From: an uncultured virus (IMG/VR IMGVR_UViG_3300016466_000860)
Lineage: Duplodnaviria > Heunggongvirae > Uroviricota > Caudoviricetes
DNA: 64,000 nt
IMG/VR virus record: IMGVR_UViG_3300016466_000860
Reading direction: 5' to 3' (one strand)
A program made the translations under genes and the position numbers. Under the pieces are notes generated by a model, which had not been told where the DNA came from, did no database searches, and was given only the letters and a program-made list of their open reading frames with translations. Position 1 is the stretch's first letter. The number at the start of each line of letters is the position of its first letter. Positions 38,923-48,590 of the stretch are shown here, in pieces.

Positions 38923-39126
38923 ATGCTATACCGTTTCCACGATCGTATGTTTGAGCCACCCTACAAACAGTATTATGAGGCCTATCGGGGTCATGTGTTC
39001 CGTATCTGCCATTATCACCCCGAGGATGAGATGCAATTGCATGTATGTTTGACCTGCGACGACGATCCCGCAGTTGAAGTCAAAGGCTACGTTCATTTAA
39101 CGGATCTAGTAGCAGTGAATAAATAA
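38923..39126 (+). CDS. Hypothetical protein
   Basis: Downstream of TTGACA-18-TACAAT. Confidence 0.6.
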   Translation: MLYRFHDRMFEPPYKQYYEAYRGHVFRICHYHPEDEMQLHVCLTCDDDPAVEVKGYVHLTDLVAVNK

Positions 39127-39129
39127 CAT

Positions 39130-39422
39130 TATCGCTGTATGAAGCGAAGCAAAATGTGTTCTGGACGCGGGTTCGATTCCCGCCCGGTCCACCAAAAGTA
39201 TATTACGACAAATAAAGTGTGTAGCGTGCTATACCAAGTAATATACTTCTGATGGGCCGGACCTGGTTTCGACAGGGCAAGGAGTAGCCGAGTGGACAGC
39301 GGGGTAGGCGATGACCCTAAATCAAGCAAATCTAGTAGACGCAAACGACTCTACATTCGCTATGGCCGCTTAAGGCCTAGCTGAGGTTTTTCCGGTTCTT
39401 CCTTATCACCCAAAGAACCGGC
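39130..39422 (+). ncRNA. ssrA: Circularly permuted (two-piece) tmRNA; tag ANDSTFAMAA
   Basis: T-arm+acceptor (GCGGGTTCGATTCCCGCCCGGTCCACCA, ends 39194) precedes 5' piece GGGCCGGA..TTTCGAC (39254); G3:U70 pair; tag frame 39341-39373; outer ends approximate. Confidence 0.92.
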
Positions 39423-39439
39423 CTAATTCAACGATAATT

Positions 39440-40366
39440 ATGCGACCCGAATTCGATCTTGACCTCACCAATCCCAAGGGACTTGGTATAGAAACAGCCG
39501 ATCCCAACCTCCCTTCAGATCACGGCGAACACCTCACCGATCGAGATATTGAAAAACTAAAATCTTACGTTCCCGGACTTGATGTTTTAACGATACCGGG
39601 AACGATAAGACAGCACCGTTATCTAGCAAGAATACGGGAAGGTAACCAGTCCACTGTGATATTCATACCCGGAGGTATAGGATGGCTGTACTCGGTTGAT
39701 GCCGAACACTCATTGTCTGGTTTCGTTTATCCATTGACCTTGTTGTCCTCGTGGCCCGATGATATAAATTTAGTGATAGTTGACATGGATCATGACTTGG
39801 GCTGGTTATGGGCATCAAAATCTCAGTTCCGATTACAAAATGTCGACCTAGACAGATATCGGTATCTCTTGACCAAAGATTTGTTTGATGATCCCTATAG
39901 TAAAAAAATCATTGCGGCGTTTCATGATTTGCAATTGATGATAAAATATATCAACGATACGACAAAAACAAAAATCTGGTTGGCCGGTCATTGTAACTCC
40001 TGTGACATGCTGGCTAGGTTCTACGATTTTTCGTTGCATCGTGATCTGATACATGGATTGATTTTTACCAGCCCGTTCTGGATAAAATATTGGCATAAGC
40101 CCAGGGATAAAATCACGTATTTTAAAACACCAGTGAGTGTACCTTTGTTGGTGGTACAACATCGGCACGACAGGAATCGTGGTTGCCACGCCGACATAGC
40201 GAACAAGATAATCGAAGACTCGAAGTCGGCTCACACCGATTACATCGAACTAGATGGCGGGATAGATCAAGGACTTCCGCATTTTTCCATGGGGCATCAT
40301 GGATTCCGTGATATTGAATCACAGCTGACAATGTCGATTCAAAGCTTCGTCAAAAAACACGACTAA
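39440..40366 (+). CDS. Alpha/beta-hydrolase-fold protein (GHCNS elbow)
   Basis: IFIPGG, IWLAGHCNS, PLLVVQHRHD, GHHGFRDIE. Confidence 0.7.
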   Translation: MRPEFDLDLTNPKGLGIETADPNLPSDHGEHLTDRDIEKLKSYVPGLDVLTIPGTIRQHRYLARIREGNQSTVIFIPGGIGWLYSVDAEHSLSGFVYPLTLLSSWPDDINLVIVDMDHDLGWLWASKSQFRLQNVDLDRYRYLLTKDLFDDPYSKKIIAAFHDLQLMIKYINDTTKTKIWLAGHCNSCDMLARFYDFSLHRDLIHGLIFTSPFWIKYWHKPRDKITYFKTPVSVPLLVVQHRHDRNRGCHADIANKIIEDSKSAHTDYIELDGGIDQGLPHFSMGHHGFRDIESQLTMSIQSFVKKHD

Positions 40367-40375
40367 GACCTTAAT

Positions 40376-41341
40376 ATGCCTATCTATACTATAAAATTTT
40401 ATTTTCCCGAAGAAAACGAGTTACACCTTGACACCAGCAATCCCAAAGGATGGGGACTCAGCGACGAAGAAAGTTTACCCAGCGAACACGGAAAAATATT
40501 AACCGAGGTTGATGTTGAAAATATAAAACACAATATAGATCGTGTTGTATTTCAAACCATCAATGGATATACCGGAAAACATACTTACTTTATCAAAAGT
40601 CGTCCCGAAAATCGAGATACTGTAATAGTATTTCCCGGCGGAGCCGGTCGATTGTATGCTTTAAATTCTACATCGATACCCAATGGGCTAGTATTTCCAC
40701 TCAATCTTTTATCTTTCTGGCCCGACGACATTAACTTGGTTGTCATGGACTTACGGCATGGTCTAGATTGGAATTGGTACAATTATAATTCTCCAAGACT
40801 TAAAAATGTCGACAATAGCAAACACGATAAAATATTAGAACAAACCAAAATGACCGCTCAGCCGTTCAATTACAGGCTGTTATTGTCCTTTAAAGATATC
40901 AAAACCATTATTGGTCATTTCAATTCTATGCTGGGACATACAAAAATCTGGTTAGTTGGTCATTGTACATCAAGTGATCTTATCAGTAGATTTCATGATT
41001 TCATCGATGATAGATCTATCATCGACGGTATGATTTTTACCAATCCCATATGGAAGAGGGACTGGGAAGAAAAACTAGATAAAATGAAATACTTCCATAC
41101 CACAGTCAACGTGCCATTGATGACTATACAACATCGCGACGACAAGAACAAATCTACCGCATCTGAGATAGCAAAAAAAATACTTGTTGATTCGGGATCT
41201 CCTGATCAGGAGTTCGTGGAATTGTCGGGTGGAATAGATCAAGGGTGCGGACATTTTTCCATGGGGCATCATGGGTTTAGAGACATCGAATCGCAGTTAG
41301 TTTCGGCCATGGCCCAATTCATTCAACGACCAAGAAAATAA
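40376..41341 (+). CDS. Alpha/beta-hydrolase-fold protein, tandem paralog (GHCTS elbow)
   Basis: IVFPGG, IWLVGHCTS, PLMTIQHRDD, GHHGFRDIE. Confidence 0.7.
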   Translation: MPIYTIKFYFPEENELHLDTSNPKGWGLSDEESLPSEHGKILTEVDVENIKHNIDRVVFQTINGYTGKHTYFIKSRPENRDTVIVFPGGAGRLYALNSTSIPNGLVFPLNLLSFWPDDINLVVMDLRHGLDWNWYNYNSPRLKNVDNSKHDKILEQTKMTAQPFNYRLLLSFKDIKTIIGHFNSMLGHTKIWLVGHCTSSDLISRFHDFIDDRSIIDGMIFTNPIWKRDWEEKLDKMKYFHTTVNVPLMTIQHRDDKNKSTASEIAKKILVDSGSPDQEFVELSGGIDQGCGHFSMGHHGFRDIESQLVSAMAQFIQRPRK

Positions 41342-41348
41342 ATCTATC

Positions 41349-42656
41349 GTGATCACTTTATTTCTAGTCGCCGGTGCCGGTCTACTCACTGGTGTATTAC
41401 TGGGCTTGTTTTCTGTGTTCCCCATCTATTTTGCCGGGTTTTTAGTCTATGCTTTCCATGGTATCTGGAGTCCGGAACTGCTCTTGGTTTTTTGGATGAC
41501 AGCGGCCATTGGTAGCCAATTTTTTGGTTCGGTTAGTACTATCACCTTGGGTATACCCGGCGAGTCATCGGCTTTAGTCTATATGCGAGATCTCAAATCA
41601 ATGACCTTAGATGATCGCAATCGTTTACTTTATCATACAGCCAAAGGTAGTCTTTTTGCAGGGATAATGGCACTGGCGGTGGTATGGCTCATGTATCACT
41701 GGTTGGGATCAAAAGCCAACATGTTGGCCAGCGTAGATTTCACCTTGGCGGTTTTTGCGATAGTAATAGCTTTGTTTGCTGCCACAGATCGCAGACCGTT
41801 GATCGCATTGTGCCTGCTGACTGTTGGCATCATGCTGGGACCTAACAATAACTATGCTTTGCCCGAATGGTGGTACAGGATACAACAGTTGTTTGAAAAC
41901 ACTTCGTTCTTTCTCTTGATTGTCAGCCTGATGATCTTGCCTGATCTCATTTTCGATCGATTATCTTCAAACGACACGATCAGGCAAAAATATGTGGCCA
42001 AGGACAGCGATGATCGTACCTGGTGGACCATCATCAAAAGTACAGCGATTGGAATCTTCGCTGGCAGCGTGCCTGGGCCTGCTGCCGAAACAGCCAGTGC
42101 CGCGGCCTATCATGCACACCGCCGTCGGGGAGTGTTCCAACAGATAGTGGCCGCCGAGACAGCTAACAACCCCGGCGTGGTCATGATGTTCTTGCCATTC
42201 TTCGTTATGGCTTTACCCATAACAGCGTCGTCGTTGATTATCAGCAATGTCATGGATATCAAAAACATAGACATCGTGGAGTTCGCCAAAGGAAACAGTC
42301 AGTTCTTTCCGGAGCTCGCTGTTTTTGATGTGTTAATGATCGTGGCGGCCATGGCCACGGTCTTTTATTTCTTGCTCAGCACACGTTTTATCGATTTTTA
42401 TGTAGCCATAGTCAAACGGCTGTACGGACAGAGCCGATGGTTGTTGGCTTTGCTGATCACGGGCATGATCGCAGCCGATATGTACTTCAATGAAACTACT
42501 GCAATTATCTATGCGGCCTTGTTGATTTTTTTTACTGCGGTCGGCATGTCGATTAAATACTTCAAAGCAAATCCAATACTGCTGATTTTCGGGGTCATGT
42601 TCGGCGACAAACTGATTTGGTCCCTGATGCAATTTTATACCATACATTTTCTATAA
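41349..42656 (+). CDS. tctA: Tripartite tricarboxylate transporter TctA-like permease
   Basis: FFGSVSTITLGIPGE, GSVPG, AAETANN; many TM helices. Confidence 0.8.
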   Translation: MITLFLVAGAGLLTGVLLGLFSVFPIYFAGFLVYAFHGIWSPELLLVFWMTAAIGSQFFGSVSTITLGIPGESSALVYMRDLKSMTLDDRNRLLYHTAKGSLFAGIMALAVVWLMYHWLGSKANMLASVDFTLAVFAIVIALFAATDRRPLIALCLLTVGIMLGPNNNYALPEWWYRIQQLFENTSFFLLIVSLMILPDLIFDRLSSNDTIRQKYVAKDSDDRTWWTIIKSTAIGIFAGSVPGPAAETASAAAYHAHRRRGVFQQIVAAETANNPGVVMMFLPFFVMALPITASSLIISNVMDIKNIDIVEFAKGNSQFFPELAVFDVLMIVAAMATVFYFLLSTRFIDFYVAIVKRLYGQSRWLLALLITGMIAADMYFNETTAIIYAALLIFFTAVGMSIKYFKANPILLIFGVMFGDKLIWSLMQFYTIHFL

Positions 42657-42666
42657 AGGTGATAAC

Positions 42667-43536
42667 GTGATTATGTTTAATAGAACCCTGCTGTCTGCTG
42701 TGATGTTGTCCTTGACCTTTGCTGTGCAAGCTCGAGAAACCATCACTGTGATCAATCCCAGTAACAAAGCATCGCCGGCCACAGTGTTTGCCAAGAGTTA
42801 CGAAGAATCTCTTCGCAAAAATGGCAAATACGATGTTGAGTTTTATCAGGCCAGTTCTTGTGCCGATGCCGATGCCAAGTATGCCAAAACCAAAAACGCT
42901 GTTATGGTCTACAATGCTGATGTAGCCATCGCAGCTCGCGACAAGGGTGTATCGTGTGAATTCCAAGCTACATCGTCCAACACTACCTTGATCACTAAGA
43001 GCTACCTCAAGTTTTGCCGCAAATCTGGTAGTACCGCATCGTTTGGCGAAGGCGAGAAAAGCACCAAAGTAGGGATCGCATCTGTGATATTGAGTCCGGG
43101 CCTGTTCAACGACCTCAATCAGGGCAAGCGCAACCTAGTGGGAGTGCCATATTCGGGATCCAAAACCGTGTTGGCCGCTGTCATGGCCGGCGACATTGAA
43201 TACGGTATCATCGGTGCTGGAGTGGTCAACGAACCCGAAAAACGCGGTGAAATTGAATGTGTCTATGACTACGACCCACGTGCTAAAAACTTTATTGGGA
43301 ACACATTGACCAATCTCAAGGTTCCCACTCTTCCCATCATACAGTTGATACATACCAACGGAAATCTTGATATCCGGCAAGCGGCAGAAAAAGCAGGCCA
43401 GGACAGCGAATTTTTATCATCGATTGAAAAGAATGGATTCTCTGATACTAAAAACTCGCGTATCTCTCTCAACGATGTATCGTCAGTGTCAAAACATGTT
43501 GACCAAGTCTACCATCATTATTGGAAAACAAAATAA
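42667..43536 (+). CDS. TctC/Bug-like periplasmic substrate-binding protein
   Basis: Signal peptide; VPYSGSKTVLAAVMAGDIE. Confidence 0.7.
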   Translation: MIMFNRTLLSAVMLSLTFAVQARETITVINPSNKASPATVFAKSYEESLRKNGKYDVEFYQASSCADADAKYAKTKNAVMVYNADVAIAARDKGVSCEFQATSSNTTLITKSYLKFCRKSGSTASFGEGEKSTKVGIASVILSPGLFNDLNQGKRNLVGVPYSGSKTVLAAVMAGDIEYGIIGAGVVNEPEKRGEIECVYDYDPRAKNFIGNTLTNLKVPTLPIIQLIHTNGNLDIRQAAEKAGQDSEFLSSIEKNGFSDTKNSRISLNDVSSVSKHVDQVYHHYWKTK

Positions 43537-43549
43537 AAATCGTACCGCC

Positions 43550-43580
43550 AAAAAAAAAGCCCGCTTCGGCGGGCTTTTTT
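43550..43580. terminator. Bidirectional terminator
   Basis: A9-GCCCGC-ttcg-GCGGGC-T6 between convergent genes. Confidence 0.92.
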
Positions 43581-43597
43581 ACGATTAAAAATTCTTA

Positions 43598-44539
43598 TTA
43601 GGAATTCTTGATCTTGGCTACGAGATCGGCGTATTCGCCAAACTGCTCATAAACAGGTTGCACAGCAGCCTTGAATTCGTTGATGGCTTCGTTGCTCCAC
43701 TCAACAACTTCAATACCTTCGCTGAGAGCACGCTGTTTGGCAGCGGCACCGTCGATGAGGCTTTCTTTTCTCTCTTCGGTGGCAGCGATCTGTGCGCATT
43801 CTTTGATGACATTTCGTTGCTCTTCGGTGAGTATATTCCATACTTTGCTGCTGATAACGATGCTGGTCAGGAACAATGCGTGTTCGGTGTTGGCAACTGT
43901 GTTTGTCACAGTGTTCACAGAACTACGGAAATAACGTGGGAACACGTTTTCTCCGCCTTCGCACTCGCCGGCAGCAACAGATTCAGCAAAGCCATCCACA
44001 CCCATTGCTAATGGCTCAGCACCAATGGCACGGAAAGTGGCTTCCGACACTGGGCTCTTACCGCAACGCAGAGTCTGGCCTTCGAGATCTTTGATGCTCT
44101 CGGCATTTTTGTTGACAGCCATCATTTTGTAGCCGCCTGAGTATGTGAATGCTAGGCCGCGGGCACCCGACGTCTCGGACAGACCCGACAGCAATTTTTT
44201 ACCAATTTCGCCATCCAGCACTCGTGTAGCATGATCGTGATCACGGAACAGGAACGGAAGATCCAACGCAAAGAAATCTTTGTTGAGATGTCCGAGCACT
44301 GTAGAATAAGTTTGGCTCATGTGGATTTCGCCACTGGCCACTTTTTTCATGACTCCGAGATTTCCGATTTCTACGCCATTGTTGTACTTTTTCTCCCACT
44401 CATCTTTGCCCATAACTTCAACTTCAATGGCGCCATTTGTACGCTCATTGATGGCTTTGCAGAATGCATTGGCAGAACGCAGGAACAAGTCATATGGAAT
44501 ATGAGCAAGTACCCAGCGTAATTTCAAAGGTTGTGTCAT
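43598..44539 (-). CDS. dctP: TRAP transporter substrate-binding protein DctP-like
   Basis: F...INERTNGAIEVEV, LDLPFLFRD.DH, DLEGQTLR; no signal peptide. Confidence 0.85.
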   Translation of the reverse strand: MTQPLKLRWVLAHIPYDLFLRSANAFCKAINERTNGAIEVEVMGKDEWEKKYNNGVEIGNLGVMKKVASGEIHMSQTYSTVLGHLNKDFFALDLPFLFRDHDHATRVLDGEIGKKLLSGLSETSGARGLAFTYSGGYKMMAVNKNAESIKDLEGQTLRCGKSPVSEATFRAIGAEPLAMGVDGFAESVAAGECEGGENVFPRYFRSSVNTVTNTVANTEHALFLTSIVISSKVWNILTEEQRNVIKECAQIAATEERKESLIDGAAAKQRALSEGIEVVEWSNEAINEFKAAVQPVYEQFGEYADLVAKIKNS

Positions 44540-44610
44540 TTCTATTTCTCCTAGGATTTAGGGATCGATTGATCCTTAAAATTATTTATCTTGTTTGTGC
44601 TATTGTAGAC

Positions 44611-44655
44611 AGTTAGCACGACGTTTAACAAAGGTTTTATCGTGCTAACTTTTTA
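44611..44655. terminator. Stem-loop, possible terminator
   Basis: AGTTAGCACGA...TCGTGCTAACT inverted repeat. Confidence 0.5.
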
Positions 44656-44657
44656 TA

Positions 44658-45089
44658 TCAGACATTTTCTAGTGGCACATAAGGAACCCAAGCGCTGGGT
44701 CCTGTTCCTTGCACAGAAATTCCACGGTTATCGTGCAAGAGTTGAACGATATTGCCATTGTCGTCGACTATCTCAAACCGTCCTTTGACGCCATTGTTTT
44801 TGTTCCATTCAAAAATATGTTCTTGCCAGAATGTACTGTTAGAAACATCATTGAATCGAGTTTCTGCTTGCTCAATAGAGTCAAATCCCAATTGCATGAT
44901 CGTTCTGATATGCGTTCCGGACTGATCTTGGCTATAGGTAACAAGCTGGTTGCCGCCATCTAGATTGTTTTTTTCATGCACAGACGCTACAGTCTGAGAC
45001 AATCTGGCAAGTAACCCGGCATTTTCGGGCGCGGTTTCGAAAAAAACATTGGCCGAAGTATTGTAGTGCGTCATTTTAAGGGTATACAT
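44658..45089 (-). CDS. Hypothetical protein
   Basis: GAGG SD on minus strand. Confidence 0.7.
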   Translation of the reverse strand: MYTLKMTHYNTSANVFFETAPENAGLLARLSQTVASVHEKNNLDGGNQLVTYSQDQSGTHIRTIMQLGFDSIEQAETRFNDVSNSTFWQEHIFEWNKNNGVKGRFEIVDDNGNIVQLLHDNRGISVQGTGPSAWVPYVPLENV

Positions 45090-45118
45090 GGTATTTTTTC
45101 CTCAGTGGGTAATTGGGA

Positions 45119-45319
45119 TCAATCATTGACTTCGGCCAAAGCCGAGCTGGGAATATAAAGAACCAATCCGTCGACCGCGGTGGCTTTTTTGTAATCGGGG
45201 TTAACGGTATCTTCAACCGTGACGAACTCGCTTCCTTCATTTACTACCACACCTGCGGTGTCGAATATGTCCAGAGAACGCTTTCCAAAACTTCTTTTTG
45301 TAATGATTTTCCATGTCAT
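45119..45319 (-). CDS. Hypothetical protein
   Basis: Perfect late-type TATAAATA on minus strand at 45342-45349; GAGG SD. Confidence 0.7.
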   Translation of the reverse strand: MTWKIITKRSFGKRSLDIFDTAGVVVNEGSEFVTVEDTVNPDYKKATAVDGLVLYIPSSALAEVND

Positions 45320-45543
45320 GATGAAATCCTCGGTATATGGTTATTTATATCAATTGATGTGCAAAGAGTTAGTTCTAACATATTATTAGAGAAGTAACTC
45401 GTGCTCGGTCTCCCATTGGAGCCAATACCACCGCCAACTTGGGCCATAACGAGAAACAAGATAGAACTTAACCCATGGATCGATCCACAGGCCCATCAAT
45501 TCTGCTTGTAGCAAGGACAGTTTGACAACCCCCACATGTCACC

Positions 45544-45678
45544 TCAACAACATTTGCATTTTTCCGCCATGATCCTTTGAGCCATTTTATAATTTCCTTG
45601 GCGGGCAAAGGTGCTGGCCGCGCGGGCACGACCCATTGATTCAAAAAAACAGTATACAGATTTCCAAAATTTCTTCAT
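45544..45678 (-). CDS. Small hypothetical protein
   Basis: AAGGA SD; MKKFWKSVYCFFESMGRARAA...; CATAAATA upstream. Confidence 0.6.
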   Translation of the reverse strand: MKKFWKSVYCFFESMGRARAASTFARQGNYKMAQRIMAEKCKCC

Positions 45679-45774
45679 TTTCTTTTCCTTGTGAGAATAT
45701 TCAACATCGCCTTGTGGGCATGGGTATTTATGCTGTAGTGCAACATATCTAATGGTTTCTACTGATTTTGCTGG

Positions 45775-45803
45775 TTGACCAATAATTCCCATTCTCATAC
45801 AAT
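45775..45803 (+). promoter_or_regulatory. Early promoter
   Basis: TTGACC-17nt-TACAAT. Confidence 0.75.
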
Positions 45804-45835
45804 GTAATCATACAGTAAACAAAAGGAGCCACAGC

Positions 45836-46009
45836 ATGTCTCGGAAACACTTTGAACTGCTCGCCAAATACATCGACGCCATCCTAGATCCCCACGCACG
45901 CCTGCAGGCCGCTACCGCAGTGGCATCAGCCTGCCGGGAAGCCAACAGCCGCTTTGATTGCGACCGCTTCTTCTACGCCTGCGGTGTTGGCCCCCGGCCT
46001 CAAAAGTAA
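45836..46009 (+). CDS. Small phage protein (not in ORF track)
   Basis: SD AAGGAG; MSRKHFELLA...NSRFDCDRFFYACG. Confidence 0.75.
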   Translation: MSRKHFELLAKYIDAILDPHARLQAATAVASACREANSRFDCDRFFYACGVGPRPQK

Positions 46010-46041
46010 GCGCAAACTAACCAAGCGAAATTTTCGTTCGG

Positions 46042-46071
46042 TTGACCAAAAAACCCAATTTCGGCTATAAT
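46042..46071 (+). promoter_or_regulatory. Early promoter
   Basis: TTGACC-18nt-TATAAT; GTAAG-N6-CTAAC at 46006-46021. Confidence 0.7.
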
Positions 46072-46100
46072 TAGGTATAGTGGATAACAAGGAGCAGACT

Positions 46101-46367
46101 ATGACAGCAGATCAAATCGTACGCGAGATCCGGACCGGTGGGTTCACCAACTCCGAACTCAATGACCTAGCCCGGGCCATCCAGTTCGCCCGCAGGCAGC
46201 TGGCGCAGGAGATCAAAGGGGAGATCTACCCTGGACTCACGGTGTATTTCAAGAACCGCGCAGGCAGCAGAGTGATCGCTACTGTGGAGTCGGTCAAGAT
46301 CAAGAATGCCATCGTGAACTCCAACGGTCACCGCTATCGTGTGCCCTGCAACATGCTGGAGATTTAA
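46101..46367 (+). CDS. Hypothetical (SH3-like C-terminus)
   Basis: SD AAGGAG. Confidence 0.75.
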   Translation: MTADQIVREIRTGGFTNSELNDLARAIQFARRQLAQEIKGEIYPGLTVYFKNRAGSRVIATVESVKIKNAIVNSNGHRYRVPCNMLEI

Positions 46368-46585
46368 TGACTTTCACCCGCGGCTTGGCCTGGACAGCCA
46401 CTTGTGTGACCCTGGCTGGTGCTCTATGCACCAGTCTAAGGATAGACCCACTCAATGTTTACTTGCTCAACATTGGCGCCTTACTGTTTTTATGGTGGGC
46501 CTTCCGCATACGTGATCGTGCTATGATCACAGTCAATGCAGGTTTATTGAGCATCTATGTTTTGGGACTGTTTTTTTCAAGATGA
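46367..46585 (+). CDS. Small membrane protein
   Basis: Three hydrophobic segments. Confidence 0.7.
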   Translation: MTFTRGLAWTATCVTLAGALCTSLRIDPLNVYLLNIGALLFLWWAFRIRDRAMITVNAGLLSIYVLGLFFSR

Positions 46586-46589
46586 GCAA

Positions 46590-46892
46590 GTGGTTGTGAT
46601 AGAGGTACCACGGAGGCATGCTCCTGCAGTGATCGAGTGGTTGGATCGGGAAGTCAGTCCCAACCAAAGTTATCAGATTCCGGACTCAGAAAGAACACCC
46701 GAGAGCCGACTGAATCCTTACTCTGTAAGCACCACAGCCCAAATAGCCTACTGGCGTGGTGAGGGTGACCTTTGGTGTGTGAAGCAGAGCTCGCGACGTC
46801 GCCAGATAGAAGTACATTGCCAGGAGCCTGCGTTAGAGACCTTGATCTCCCTAAAATGGGGAGGTCGACCAATAAATCCCAAAATAGTATAA
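46590..46892 (+). CDS. Hypothetical protein
   Basis: GTG start inferred; C-terminal LISLKWG. Confidence 0.55.
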   Translation: MVVIEVPRRHAPAVIEWLDREVSPNQSYQIPDSERTPESRLNPYSVSTTAQIAYWRGEGDLWCVKQSSRRRQIEVHCQEPALETLISLKWGGRPINPKIV

Positions 46893-46899
46893 TTTAGAT

Positions 46900-47283
46900 A
46901 TGCTGAAAATCTACCAAGAAGTCACAGAATGGAAGGGCGTGGAATACCGCCAGCCCAACCATGTCTACCTTATGAGCGGCGACCGAGCCTACGCCTACTC
47001 CCGCTGGGGCGAATCTAAACCCGAATACTTCCGCAATCCCGCCAGATTGGATCGCCGCGGGCGTAAGTTTGTTGAAGTGAAAAAGAATTTGTGGGGCTTT
47101 GATCTCAAAATAACCATGCCGGAAGAAGAACGACCCCAGGGTCGGATCTGGGAAGTCACGGGTTCAAAAGGCAACATCTATACAGTGAGCCTCAATGACA
47201 GTCGTTGGTCATGCACCTGCCCGGGCGCCACCTTCCGTGGGGCATGCCGTCACATTGAATCTAAAAAGCAGGAGCAAGCATGA
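46900..47283 (+). CDS. SWIM zinc-finger protein
   Basis: WSCTCPG...CRHI; TCGACC-17-TATAAT promoter upstream. Confidence 0.85.
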   Translation: MLKIYQEVTEWKGVEYRQPNHVYLMSGDRAYAYSRWGESKPEYFRNPARLDRRGRKFVEVKKNLWGFDLKITMPEEERPQGRIWEVTGSKGNIYTVSLNDSRWSCTCPGATFRGACRHIESKKQEQA

Positions 47284-48590
47284 AACAACCATGGCAAGTT
47301 ATCGCTGAACTAGAAAGCGACAACAGTCGCTTGTTCAAAGAATCCGTCATTGAACGCGAAGCACAAGAAAGCAATGTCGAATTTTTTCGAGGGTGCCGCG
47401 CGGCCCTAGACCCCATGATCACCTATGGGATCCGTCAGGTTTCAGAGAAAAAAGACAATGGCCGCGGCCTCCGTCCTGAAACATTTTGGCGACTGGCCGA
47501 AGATCTGGCCAAACGCAACCTTACCGGCAATGCAGCCATCACCGCAGTCAATGCCGCTAGGATGAACGCCACTCAGGAAGAATGGAACGGATGGTATCGC
47601 AGGATCCTGATCAAGGATCTGCGTTGTGGGGTCACTGAAAAAACCATCAACTCAGTGGTAAAAAAAATCCAGCCCGAGTTCGAAATTCCAGTATTTGCAT
47701 GTCAGCTCGCTCATGATGGCGCCAATCACGAATCTAAGATCTCGGGCCAAAAGCTCATTGAAGTCAAGTTGGATGGCGTGCGAGTTATCACTGTGGTCTA
47801 TCCCGATGGTACGGTCATACAGTACAGCCGCAACGGCAAAGAATTGGTGAACTTCGAGCACATCAAAGAGCAGATAGCCCGAAACGCTCGACTTTTCGGT
47901 GAACCCACTGTGCTGGATGGCGAAATCATGAGCGCCAGTTTTCAAGATCTCATGCGGCAGGTGCATCGAAAGAGTGATGTTGAAGCCACGGATGCTGTGC
48001 TCCATTTGTTTGATATCGTAAGCCTGGCCGAATTCCAGTCCGGTCGAGGACTACATAGTCAACTAGACCGTAGCAGAACTCTGAGCTTGTGGCACAAACA
48101 CATCAGCGATTCGATGCCCAATGTCAAAGTATTGGGGCAAGAACTGGTGGATCTTGACACAGATGTGGGGCAGACTCGGTTTGCAGAAATCAACGCTGGA
48201 GCCATCGCGGGCGGCTTCGAAGGCATCATGATCAAAGATGTCGATGCCGTCTACGAATGCAAAAGATCACACGCATGGTTGAAGCAAAAACCTTTCATTG
48301 AAATCAGTCTGGAAATAACAGATGTTGAAGAAGGTACAGGTCGAAATCAAGGCAAGCTGGGCGCATTTGTGTGTGAAGGCAACGACGACGGAAGACACAT
48401 CCGGGTCAACGTGGGATCGGGATTCACTGACGATCAGAGAGAGACTTTTTGGATGGGTAGATTTCCCATGATCGGTCAAATCATTGAGATAAGAGCCGAT
48501 GCAATAACTCAGAATCAAGACGGTAGTTACAGCCTTAGGTTCCCGAGATTTCTGAGGTTCCGTGGATTCGCCGCCGGGGAGAAACTGTAA
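47280..48590 (+). CDS. ATP-dependent DNA ligase
   Basis: KLDGVR (motif I), LDGEI, FDIV, EGIMIK, WLKQK, LRFPRF. Confidence 0.95.
   Translation: MKQPWQVIAELESDNSRLFKESVIEREAQESNVEFFRGCRAALDPMITYGIRQVSEKKDNGRGLRPETFWRLAEDLAKRNLTGNAAITAVNAARMNATQEEWNGWYRRILIKDLRCGVTEKTINSVVKKIQPEFEIPVFACQLAHDGANHESKISGQKLIEVKLDGVRVITVVYPDGTVIQYSRNGKELVNFEHIKEQIARNARLFGEPTVLDGEIMSASFQDLMRQVHRKSDVEATDAVLHLFDIVSLAEFQSGRGLHSQLDRSRTLSLWHKHISDSMPNVKVLGQELVDLDTDVGQTRFAEINAGAIAGGFEGIMIKDVDAVYECKRSHAWLKQKPFIEISLEITDVEEGTGRNQGKLGAFVCEGNDDGRHIRVNVGSGFTDDQRETFWMGRFPMIGQIIEIRADAITQNQDGSYSLRFPRFLRFRGFAAGEKL

Noticed and set aside
39129..39344. 71-aa minus-strand ORF
   Set aside because: Antisense shadow of the tmRNA
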